DNA of 32,000 nt from a virus (IMGVR_UViG_3300045988_160728:69584-101583); one strand, 5' to 3'; shown: positions 18,671-26,317, counted from the first letter of the stretch. Notes: generated from the letters alone by a model not told the origin. Translations and numbers: made by a program.

Positions 18671-18772
18671 GATTTGCAACCCTATAAAATTACATTCCTC
18701 TAAAACATTTCGTCTGCATCAATTTTGAATTGAACCGATTTGCAACCCTATAAAATTACACTCCTCTAAAAC
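18671..18772 (-). CRISPR. CRISPR mini-array: 2 repeats, 1 spacer
   Basis: Repeats 18671-18706 and 18737-18772, 36 nt, 35/36 identical; minus-strand unit GTTTTAGAGGA(A/G)TGTAATTTTATAGGGTTGCAAATC; 30-nt spacer 18707-18736 (minus: GGTTCAATTCAAAATTGATGCAGACGAAAT); 66-nt period typical of class 2 type II arrays. Confidence 0.8.
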
Positions 18773-18948
18773 GGACACCCAAAGCATGATACACACTGTA
18801 CCAAATCACACATGTGATGCTTTTTAATAAAGTCTTTATCTGCAGCCTGTTCGTCTGTAATTACTGTTCCACATTCATCCATATTCTGGATCTCATGTTC
18901 TTCGTAAACCTTTCCAGAATATTTTCCTAATCTTTTCATTCGTCTCAC
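18766..18948 (-). CDS. small Cys-rich hypothetical protein
   Basis: 60 aa; ends CVSCFGCPF*, and its stop codon lies inside the distal CRISPR repeat. Confidence 0.6.
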   Translation of the reverse strand: MRRMKRLGKYSGKVYEEHEIQNMDECGTVITDEQAADKDFIKKHHMCDLVQCVSCFGCPF

Positions 18949-18955
18949 CTCTTTC

Positions 18956-19438
18956 TTATTTGATTTCTGTTTTGATATTCACTCTTTTGTTCAAAAGTAC
19001 TTTTTTATGTTTTACTCCCCCTTCAATATTCTCCGTTTGAATCCTTGTAACTTTCACTGGACTATATCCATATTTGGTTGCACACATTACTAAATCGCCA
19101 ACTTTAATATTTTCAAGGAAAGATTTCCAGTTCTTATTTCTACGAATCTCCCAAGTATATTCCTGGCTTGTTGTACCATTAGCGTGAATATGTACTCCAT
19201 TAATCAGCGCAACAGGCTGGCCTTTATACACAGTATGAACTGTCTTAGCACCATTTCTTTTCATGATAAGATAACAGATATATCCATCTACAAGATAACC
19301 ATTCTTATCCAGAACAATTGGCTTGTCTTGATGATTTGTCAGCAACCAATATTTCTCAAATCTTTCCATCTTTTCTGGAGATGGATGAGAAGCAAGAAAC
19401 TGATCTGAAATTTTGATATCTTCAATGTTCATCTGCAT
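18956..19438 (-). CDS. ParB-like domain protein
   Basis: N-terminal MNIEDIKISDQFLASHPSPEKM...PIVLDKNGYLVDGYICYLIMKRNG. Confidence 0.6.
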   Translation of the reverse strand: MQMNIEDIKISDQFLASHPSPEKMERFEKYWLLTNHQDKPIVLDKNGYLVDGYICYLIMKRNGAKTVHTVYKGQPVALINGVHIHANGTTSQEYTWEIRRNKNWKSFLENIKVGDLVMCATKYGYSPVKVTRIQTENIEGGVKHKKVLLNKRVNIKTEIK

Positions 19439-19456
19439 AATATCATTCTCCTTTCT

Positions 19457-21004
19457 TTACGCTGCATTTCCATTTTTAACAAGATAATTCTCAAAATCTC
19501 TCTGCATAAATCTAAAATTAACGCCATCATTAGAGCTGTATTCCTCATTGGAATTCTGATACACTTTAACCCATTCTTCAAATTCCTGATCTTTTTCTTC
19601 ATTACAGGCTTTTGCAACAACAGCAATCAATGCTTTGTAGCAATTCTGATACAGCGATGATGTTACTTTGACAGAATCTTCAATGATATCCTTATATAAT
19701 TCAATATCATCAGAATCTACATTTAAAGACGTCTTTTCTATAATAAATCCAATCAGTTCATCATCCGAGAAGTCTTCTTTAGAGCTATCCGTTTCTACCG
19801 GCTGTTCAGTTTCTTCCGTAACTTCTAGCTCTGAAATATTATTCTCCTCTTCATTTGCTACATTTTCAGTTTCTTCTTCGATTGCAACTAATCCATTATC
19901 AGTAACAAATTTTTCTAACAGAGTATGTAAAATAAATAATTTATCTTCGATAACCCCACGATCTTTCGTAGACTTGCTTGCATCTAAATCATTCCATGTC
20001 GTGATCAACGTTTCGTCATCATGTGGAATCTCTACGGAAACATCGGTATATGTATTGAAATTATTCAAAAATTCTTTAAAAATTTCATCTTTAACTCCAT
20101 TTTTCATACAACGATCAAAGAACATAATCCAAATTAAAGAATTTTTTGTAGTAAACAGTGCTTCAGATGTATCTAAGGATGTAACTGTCATTAAATGATC
20201 CAGTAATTCTCTTGCACTGTTGAACATTTCATCAGTTGCGTTCTCGTTTAAATATTCTCCAATCTTTCTTGCGTTTTTTGTCCAATTGTCCCAAAAATTA
20301 AGTGCCATCACAATTTCTGCAATAATCTGGTTAATTTTTCCGTTTTTATGTACTGTTGGTGTAAAGTTTGCGCGATCAGACCAAAAATCATGTTCTGCCA
20401 ATGCTTTTACACGTCTACCAACGTTAAGCATTCTTGTAAGAAGAATCTGTGCTGGTTTCATTTTTGCTCCACGATTATATCTCCTTAAATGACGAGCCAT
20501 TTCTTCCGGTGTACAGTCGAGATGTTTTACAATCTTTACAGGGCAATCATCAAAATTTTCTTTCAACTTTGGAGGAAGATCAGCATAACCTTTATTCTTC
20601 AGAGAAAAGGTAACTTCGTCATACATAATATCTCCATTGTCATTTCTAATAAAAATACCATCTTTATCTCTTCGAGCTTCCTGATATGTGATCTCATTCG
20701 GATCAATATTCGCCCCAAGTTTAAATCCGCCAGCTTTGAAGTCTGAAATATATGTATACTTCTGTAAGCCGTCAATAATCCAAAGTGTTACACCTGTAGG
20801 AGTAATCTCTTCGCAGATTTTCAGAGCATCAAAATCTTCATTTAATAACATCGTAACAATAAAGTTATCACGATCTGAATGTTCCCACTGGTCAATGTCT
20901 CGCTGCAGGAAATAATCAGATCTAAGCTCTCCTCTCTCTGCCATGTCGCATACCTTTTTGCACATCCAAGTTTCTTCTTTAACTTTGTCTCGTATTAATC
21001 TCAT
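19457..21004 (-). CDS. DUF262/ParB-like domain protein
   Basis: 515 aa; RSDYFLQRDIDQW... TLWIIDGLQKYTYISDF ... MARHLRRYNRGAKM. Confidence 0.65.
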   Translation of the reverse strand: MRLIRDKVKEETWMCKKVCDMAERGELRSDYFLQRDIDQWEHSDRDNFIVTMLLNEDFDALKICEEITPTGVTLWIIDGLQKYTYISDFKAGGFKLGANIDPNEITYQEARRDKDGIFIRNDNGDIMYDEVTFSLKNKGYADLPPKLKENFDDCPVKIVKHLDCTPEEMARHLRRYNRGAKMKPAQILLTRMLNVGRRVKALAEHDFWSDRANFTPTVHKNGKINQIIAEIVMALNFWDNWTKNARKIGEYLNENATDEMFNSARELLDHLMTVTSLDTSEALFTTKNSLIWIMFFDRCMKNGVKDEIFKEFLNNFNTYTDVSVEIPHDDETLITTWNDLDASKSTKDRGVIEDKLFILHTLLEKFVTDNGLVAIEEETENVANEEENNISELEVTEETEQPVETDSSKEDFSDDELIGFIIEKTSLNVDSDDIELYKDIIEDSVKVTSSLYQNCYKALIAVVAKACNEEKDQEFEEWVKVYQNSNEEYSSNDGVNFRFMQRDFENYLVKNGNAA

Positions 21005-21024
21005 AGTATTACTCCTTTCTTTTC

Positions 21025-21741
21025 TTACAGATTACGTATTAATTGTTTATTTTTTTCAGAACAAATCATTTTAAATGAATGTTCATAAGTTTTTTCGGAA
21101 ATATGTAAAACTTCGCAAATCTCGTCTTTGTTATAACGATTTGCAATTAATAGAGCGATTTTCTGCTGTAACGGCGAAAGTCTATGTAAAAAAATTCTTA
21201 CCTTTGGATGCCATTTTTCATCTTCTGTCTTTTCTTTTTCACAAATGAGTTCTTCCAAATTAAAACGAGAAGCGACAAGTTCTTCCACATTTCTTGTTTT
21301 TCCATTTTGTTCATCGTTCTGAATTGGAGTATCTAGAGAAATATTTTGAACTACGATTGGCTTATCTTCTTCATCCTTTACAATAACTCCATTTTTCATA
21401 AGTAAATTGCATCGAATGCCACGTTCGAAATTATCTCTTCTCCATTCCAAATAGGATCGTTTAATATTTCCCATAAGAAATGTATTAAAAGATGCTTTCT
21501 TTTCATGCTCTGGATTGTATGATTCTACTGTTTCCATTAATACAGTCATTGCATCATCATATAAATCATCGTAATATTTCTGATCCAGAGTATCTTTCAG
21601 CCAAATAGTACGACACAATGTTTTGAGTTTTGTCATACTACAATCCATATATTCCTCGATGAGCTGCATCTGTGCTGGCGAAAAATGATATGGTTCTTTC
21701 CGTTGTTTTTTTACTTCCTCTTTTTCTTTCATAGTTATCAC
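21025..21741 (-). CDS. sigma-70-like RNA polymerase sigma factor
   Basis: Region 2-like DDLYDDAMTVLMETVESYNPEHEKKASFNTFLMGNIKRSYLEW; region 4-like LSPLQQKIALLIANRYNKDEICEVLHISEKTYEH. Confidence 0.65.
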   Translation of the reverse strand: MITMKEKEEVKKQRKEPYHFSPAQMQLIEEYMDCSMTKLKTLCRTIWLKDTLDQKYYDDLYDDAMTVLMETVESYNPEHEKKASFNTFLMGNIKRSYLEWRRDNFERGIRCNLLMKNGVIVKDEEDKPIVVQNISLDTPIQNDEQNGKTRNVEELVASRFNLEELICEKEKTEDEKWHPKVRIFLHRLSPLQQKIALLIANRYNKDEICEVLHISEKTYEHSFKMICSEKNKQLIRNL

Positions 21742-21742
21742 C

Positions 21743-22426
21743 CTACCCTTCTAATATTTTCATCGTTTCTTCGAATTTCGCAGTTCTTGGTTTATATTCG
21801 CTATATTCTCCATTCTCACTTTTGCTTAATTCATGCTGTAATTTTCCAATGGAGTATGAGCATGTAAGAGCATTCTTCATAGTAGTTACTTTTCTCATAC
21901 ATGCCTTGACGTGCGCTCGATCAATTAAAATATGTAAAAACATATAACCAACTTTTGCAATTTTGTGAGCCTGTGGCATTTTTCCATTGTGATTATGTGC
22001 GTAAATAACCAAAGCATGTTTAATATCACTCTCTTCAGAGTCAAGTTTTGACAAATATGTATTAAGCGATTCTGATATATTACTCAGTTCGGATTCATTC
22101 CAACCAGCTAGACTTAAATATTTTTCTGTTTCATCCTCAATCCGATCAAGCAATGTAAGATCAACGAAGATATCATTCTCTGCTAAAAAAGTACCACCGT
22201 TACCTTTTGCTTTCGGAGAAACAGATGGTGCTTTACCATCGTCTCCAACCATTGAGTATCCATGACGAATCCAACTCATCTTTTTGTTCCGTGAGTTTAA
22301 CAGATTCTTTGCCTGTTTGAACGTGAAGTATTTTGCTCTAGACGACATAGTTGATGCCATATACTCGCCTGGACGCATTGGATTTTCAATTACCCAACAT
22401 TTTCCATTTGTGATAGTGTACTGCAT
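21743..22426 (-). CDS. hypothetical protein
   Basis: 227 aa ORF preceding the sigma-like gene. Confidence 0.65.
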   Translation of the reverse strand: MQYTITNGKCWVIENPMRPGEYMASTMSSRAKYFTFKQAKNLLNSRNKKMSWIRHGYSMVGDDGKAPSVSPKAKGNGGTFLAENDIFVDLTLLDRIEDETEKYLSLAGWNESELSNISESLNTYLSKLDSEESDIKHALVIYAHNHNGKMPQAHKIAKVGYMFLHILIDRAHVKACMRKVTTMKNALTCSYSIGKLQHELSKSENGEYSEYKPRTAKFEETMKILEG

Positions 22427-22620
22427 TTTCTAATCACTCCTTTTTTTATTTAGTTTTTTAAAAATAGGTAACTTTAATACAGGTTCTTATTTTCATTTGA
22501 AATAATAAGTACCTTTTCGTATTTGTTATTCTCCTATTCTCTTTTAATGAAATTGTGAAATAATAGCGAACTACTCAAGATAGACTTGCAGAATTGCAAA
22601 TTAATATGTATAATGATACT

Positions 22621-22760
22621 TAAGCAGGACATTGCCATTATTCGTTTAAGCTGCTCCAACACCTTAAACATATGAATATTGCTTGTTTTGCTTGTTATGT
22701 ATAGGAAGGGATTCATACCGTATGCGCTCCAACGCAGGTATGATTCCCTTCTTTTATTTT
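22621..22760 (+). ncRNA. candidate sRNA with intrinsic terminator
   Basis: TATAAT at 22609-22614 (upstream TTGCAG at 22586-22591, 17-nt spacing); hairpin GTTTAAG..CTTAAAC 22644-22669; 15-bp near-perfect hairpin 22705-22751 followed by TTTTATTTT; both loops carry GCTCCAAC. Confidence 0.45.
22705..22760 (+). terminator. Rho-independent terminator
   Basis: GAAGGGATTCATACC ... GGTATGATTCCCTTC + TTTTATTTT. Confidence 0.65.
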
Positions 22761-22773
22761 GTTCGACAAAATT

Positions 22774-22802
22774 ATAATACATCGAACTAATGTTCTTGTC
22801 AA
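22774..22802 (-). promoter_or_regulatory. sigma-A/70 promoter with LexA/DinR-type palindrome
   Basis: Minus strand TTGACA (22797-22802) - 17 nt - TATTAT (22774-22779); spacer contains GAAC-TAAT-GTTC palindrome at 22784-22795. Confidence 0.55.
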
Positions 22803-22904
22803 TATGTTTTCGAACATTTGTTTGCGCTACTATAATTTTGTTTTTCCTTATATTTCCATTTTATACCTCTTGACATGTATATTACAGAGGTAAATATTTC
22901 CATT

Positions 22905-23207
22905 TCATTCTCTTAGATGTGGTAGAATAATGTCATGCATAATACCTTCTCGATTGATGTGTTCGATATCTTGTATCGTAGAATATAATTGCATATGTTC
23001 GATTATTTCATCTCTGTTAAGGAAAATAGTTTTTGCTTTTTTAATTAATTTACACCCTTCTGCAGGTGTAGTTATTTTTTTACTTTCTTCATTTTGATCA
23101 TAATCAATTGTATAAATAAGAATTTTGTACTTCTTGTTCTTTTTTTCAAGTTCTTTCATTTTCTGCATCGCTTGGTTGTAATCAGAGTATTCATATGCTT
23201 CTATCAT
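22905..23207 (-). CDS. hypothetical protein
   Basis: 100 aa ORF directly downstream of the MazF-like gene. Confidence 0.55.
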   Translation of the reverse strand: MIEAYEYSDYNQAMQKMKELEKKNKKYKILIYTIDYDQNEESKKITTPAEGCKLIKKAKTIFLNRDEIIEHMQLYSTIQDIEHINREGIMHDIILPHLRE

Positions 23208-23211
23208 CTTG

Positions 23212-23583
23212 TCATCCCTCCATTAATAATGTCTGCAAACTAATCTGCATTGCTCTGTTCACTTCTTTTTGCTTTTTGGGACTAATCTCTCCGATTTTAT
23301 CCAACAATCTAGCTTTATCTATTGTTTTAATTTGTTCACATGTTACTAACGAATCGGAACTTAATCCATTCAACGCATCTTTTTCCAAAATGACATGAGT
23401 AGGAAGATTGGGCTTCCTTTTTGATGTGATTGTCACGACTATGGTTGTTGAAGAATGTTTATTCCCAATGTTATTTTGAACAACAAGTGCTGGGCGTTTT
23501 CCGCCCTGTTCAGATCCTTTCGTTTTCCCGAAATCTACCCAATAGATTTCACCACGTTTAATTTCGCCACAATGTACATCCAT
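23212..23583 (-). CDS. mazF: MazF/PemK-family endoribonuclease toxin
   Basis: EIKRGEIYWVDFGKTKGSEQGGKRPALVVQNNIGN...TTIVVTITSK, THVILEKDALNGLSSDSLVTCEQIKTIDKARL; AAGGAGGAA upstream. Confidence 0.9.
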   Translation of the reverse strand: MDVHCGEIKRGEIYWVDFGKTKGSEQGGKRPALVVQNNIGNKHSSTTIVVTITSKRKPNLPTHVILEKDALNGLSSDSLVTCEQIKTIDKARLLDKIGEISPKKQKEVNRAMQISLQTLLMEG

Positions 23584-23638
23584 ACCCGGTTCCTCCTTTC
23601 TCTCTTGTTTTTCTTACGTTGAACTCATTATATCAACA

Positions 23639-23732
23639 TATCTTTAATATGTCAATGCTTAATATAAATATATCTTTATTATTTTTGCTATTATATCACA
23701 ATTTATCTTTATTTATATAAATATGTCTTTAT
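23639..23732. promoter_or_regulatory. iterated operator-like motifs between mazF and XRE gene
   Basis: Four near-copies of TATCTTTAT on plus strand: ~23639, ~23671, ~23704, ~23724 (last is TGTCTTTAT). Confidence 0.5.
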
Positions 23733-23780
23733 AGATTTTCTTATTTAATTATGTTATAATCATTGACACGGAGGTGCAAT

Positions 23781-24110
23781 ATGATTAAATTAGATATTCA
23801 ACATTTAATATTGACTAAATATAAAAGTCAAGCTGCATTTGCAGAAGCTACTGATCTCTCTTTACCATCAGTGTCAAAAATTTGTTCTGGTAATATGGCA
23901 AGCATTCGCTTTGAAACTCTTGAAAAAATTTGTGAAGCATTAGAATGCACCCCGAACGATCTACTTACTTCCGATAAAAACGAATGGGATACAAAAATTC
24001 CATCACATGTTACAGAATATATCGATCGAATGGAACATATCTCACAAGAAATCCAGGATGCGAATTTCCGTTATAGAGCTGCAGCATATCATAAAGAAAG
24101 CGATGACTAA
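23781..24110 (+). CDS. XRE-family (Cro/CI-type) HTH transcriptional regulator
   Basis: MIKLDIQHLILTKYKSQAAFAEATDLSLPSVSKICSGNMASIRFETLEKICEALECTPNDLL; GGAGGTG RBS supports the MIKL start (track start 23763). Confidence 0.85.
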   Translation: MIKLDIQHLILTKYKSQAAFAEATDLSLPSVSKICSGNMASIRFETLEKICEALECTPNDLLTSDKNEWDTKIPSHVTEYIDRMEHISQEIQDANFRYRAAAYHKESDD

Positions 24111-24126
24111 ACCAGCCATCGCTTTC

Positions 24127-24321
24127 TTACTGCTCATATTCAGATCCGCTCAAATCCATTCGAAAATTGATTTCTTGTATACACCACCAATACAGTCTTT
24201 CTGCATCCTCATTATCTTTTCGATCTCGATCCGTGAAAATCATTAATTCTATGACATTCTCTTCTGACATATTTCTCAAATCTGCAGGTGTTACTGTATA
24301 GTCCAAATATTTTGGAATCAT
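24127..24321 (-). CDS. hypothetical protein
   Basis: 64 aa ORF. Confidence 0.45.
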   Translation of the reverse strand: MIPKYLDYTVTPADLRNMSEENVIELMIFTDRDRKDNEDAERLYWWCIQEINFRMDLSGSEYEQ

Positions 24322-24512
24322 TTTTCTTTAACACCGTTTCGTTTTAATATTTCTGTTACTTGAGATACGGGAATGCAAAATCTTCTAGAAACTGCTTTCT
24401 TATCATGATATTTCTCGAAATCTTCTAATACATCTTTATCTGTCCACTCTAACTGAATAGGAGCATTCATATAGTTTTCCATTGTTCTCTCCTTTTGAAA
24501 TGTCTGTTTCAA
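24318..24512 (-). CDS. small hypothetical, HTH-like C-terminus
   Basis: 64 aa; DKKAVSRRFCIPVSQVTEILKRNGVKEK. Confidence 0.45.
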   Translation of the reverse strand: MKQTFQKERTMENYMNAPIQLEWTDKDVLEDFEKYHDKKAVSRRFCIPVSQVTEILKRNGVKEK

Positions 24513-24674
24513 TCAACTTTTTATTTTCGCCAATTCTCTTTCGTGGATGTTATTAACTATAGTTCCCCAGTCATCTAGTTGTCGAATTTTATATCGTATT
24601 TGTCCACCCTTCATTGATTTACATATAATTTTTGCTTTATTGGTTCCGAATTTTACCAGATCTCCTTTTTCCAT
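24513..24674 (-). CDS. hypothetical 53 aa protein
   Basis: Manual translation MEKGDLVKFGTNKAKIICKSMKGGQIRYKIRQLDDWGTIVNNIHERELAKIKS*. Confidence 0.5.
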   Translation of the reverse strand: MEKGDLVKFGTNKAKIICKSMKGGQIRYKIRQLDDWGTIVNNIHERELAKIKS

Positions 24675-24694
24675 AAAACCTCCGTTTTAATAAC

Positions 24695-24889
24695 TTATTT
24701 ATCATATGAAACATGACAATGTTCTAGACACCACTTCCACCACGGCATATTTTTTATTCCGCCGGATCTTTTCCAATCTTCTTTAATGACTATTCTAGTT
24801 TCTATTGAGAAACAATTATAAATATAACATGAGCATTCCATTAAAGCTATTTCCGGATTTTCAAATCCTTCCGTATCTAAATTAATCAT
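24695..24889 (-). CDS. hypothetical protein
   Basis: 64 aa ORF. Confidence 0.45.
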   Translation of the reverse strand: MINLDTEGFENPEIALMECSCYIYNCFSIETRIVIKEDWKRSGGIKNMPWWKWCLEHCHVSYDK

Positions 24890-24929
24890 ATTGTTTTATT
24901 TTCTCCATAAATGAAAACAATCTTTCATT

Positions 24930-25274
24930 TCATTTTATCTCGTTTATAATGTAGTCTGTTACAATTTTACCAATAAAATACTCATAGTCACTATCATTAT
25001 AATATTTTTTAAGACCTCTGAGTACTTTTTCTGCAGATTCAAAATCAGTAGCGATATCAATAGGCAATTTTCTCTTCCATATAGGCTGTTCTATCCATTT
25101 TGGTTCTTTGACTCTAAGTATACCTTCATTGTCTCGACCATACAAATTTATTCCTTTAAGATATTCCTCTTTCTTTGTGCTCTTGTTCTTTCTTTTTATA
25201 ATATAATAATCAACTGTGTCTCTATATCTTTCTTCTCTGTACATACTATTCTCCTTGCACAAAATCACACACAT
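24930..25274 (-). CDS. hypothetical protein
   Basis: 114 aa ORF. Confidence 0.55.
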   Translation of the reverse strand: MCVILCKENSMYREERYRDTVDYYIIKRKNKSTKKEEYLKGINLYGRDNEGILRVKEPKWIEQPIWKRKLPIDIATDFESAEKVLRGLKKYYNDSDYEYFIGKIVTDYIINEIK

Positions 25275-25605
25275 TAATTTTATCTACGCATCCATAGCAA
25301 TGACAGTATTTTTCACATTTCTTGCAAACGCAACTTCTTTTTCTACACTGTTTTTGTTTGGTCCACGCAACATTTTCTCTTTCACGCTCTTCAATAAGAT
25401 CTTTATGTTTTTCTATCCATCCTAGTTCCCGTTCATTCATCTTTCGAAGAATCGTTGTTCCTTCTGGATCAAGGCACCAATAATCACCATTTAGATAATA
25501 TTTGACATCATAAACCCACTTATGAATATGATAATCATATCCAAAAACAAATCCAAAACTATCGTATTTATAAGGAAGATCTTGCCATTTGTAGTTTCTG
25601 TTCAT
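25246..25605 (-). CDS. Cys-rich hypothetical protein
   Basis: 119 aa; CVCKKCEKYCHCYGCVDKINVC. Confidence 0.55.
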   Translation of the reverse strand: MNRNYKWQDLPYKYDSFGFVFGYDYHIHKWVYDVKYYLNGDYWCLDPEGTTILRKMNERELGWIEKHKDLIEERERENVAWTKQKQCRKRSCVCKKCEKYCHCYGCVDKINVCDFVQGE

Positions 25606-25643
25606 CTAATACATCTCGTTTCTATATGAAAGTAAATTTTCAT

Positions 25644-25895
25644 CTATTCATAATACCCTTCTGCTTCTAGTTGCTTTTTTAAATTTTCAAAGAGTAATGC
25701 ATCATTGAGCATATTTCCGAACATAATATAGTCTCCACATATGCCATCGATTTCGTATACTTCATAGTTTTTGTCACGATCCATTGCATAATGCTCTTTA
25801 AAATATTGAGCTGCTTCAAATAAATCATTTGACATACATTCGGAAACCATTCTTGTATTGTCTGCTGTTAATTCGTTTAAACCAAATCTTTTCAT
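25644..25895 (-). CDS. hypothetical protein
   Basis: 83 aa ORF. Confidence 0.55.
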   Translation of the reverse strand: MKRFGLNELTADNTRMVSECMSNDLFEAAQYFKEHYAMDRDKNYEVYEIDGICGDYIMFGNMLNDALLFENLKKQLEAEGYYE

Positions 25896-26078
25896 TTATT
25901 CACTAACCTCACTCAAATCCTCCCAGCTTCCTGGTACACCAACTCTTTTTAAGTAATCATGTCAGCCATCCACAGCCACGGATTTACATTTACACCATTT
26001 AAAGTCATGTCGTGTTTCACTCTCTATAACATCGCCGCATTTATTGCAGCGAACTTTGTTCACTAAAATTTTCTTCAT
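25896..26078 (-). pseudogene. small Zn-ribbon protein interrupted by in-frame TGA
   Basis: MKKILVNKVRCNKCGDVIESETRHDFKWCKCKSVAVDG*HDYLKRVGVPGSWEDLSEVSE*; TGA at 25962-25964. Confidence 0.55.
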
Positions 26079-26317
26079 TTAAAACCCTCCTTTGAAAGCA
26101 ATTTCTCATACTAAAACATCTTTAATTCTGGCATATGTTTTTGAATAGCGTTACTTCCAATATTTTCCCAATCAATTTTATTTTCTGGATTAAATAAAAT
26201 TTCTCTTAATACAGAAGCTCCTCCTTGGTCATTCATTTTATCTAAAATCTCCACAGCTATAATATTTTTCACTTCTGATTCTCTCATAATCTACACCTCC
26301 TTAGTGAAGTCTTTCAT

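Noticed and set aside
18707-18736. Partial match of the spacer (tctgcatcaattttga) to window sequence near 28081 (tctgcatcaactttag), suggesting self-targeting
   Set aside because: Match is limited to about 14 of 16 nt with no extension across the spacer; expected by chance in AT-rich DNA of this length.
22534-22782. 82-aa minus ORF MYYNFVEQNKRRESYL...
   Set aside because: Overlaps the promoter -10 region and strong hairpins with no RBS or recognisable family; more likely noncoding.
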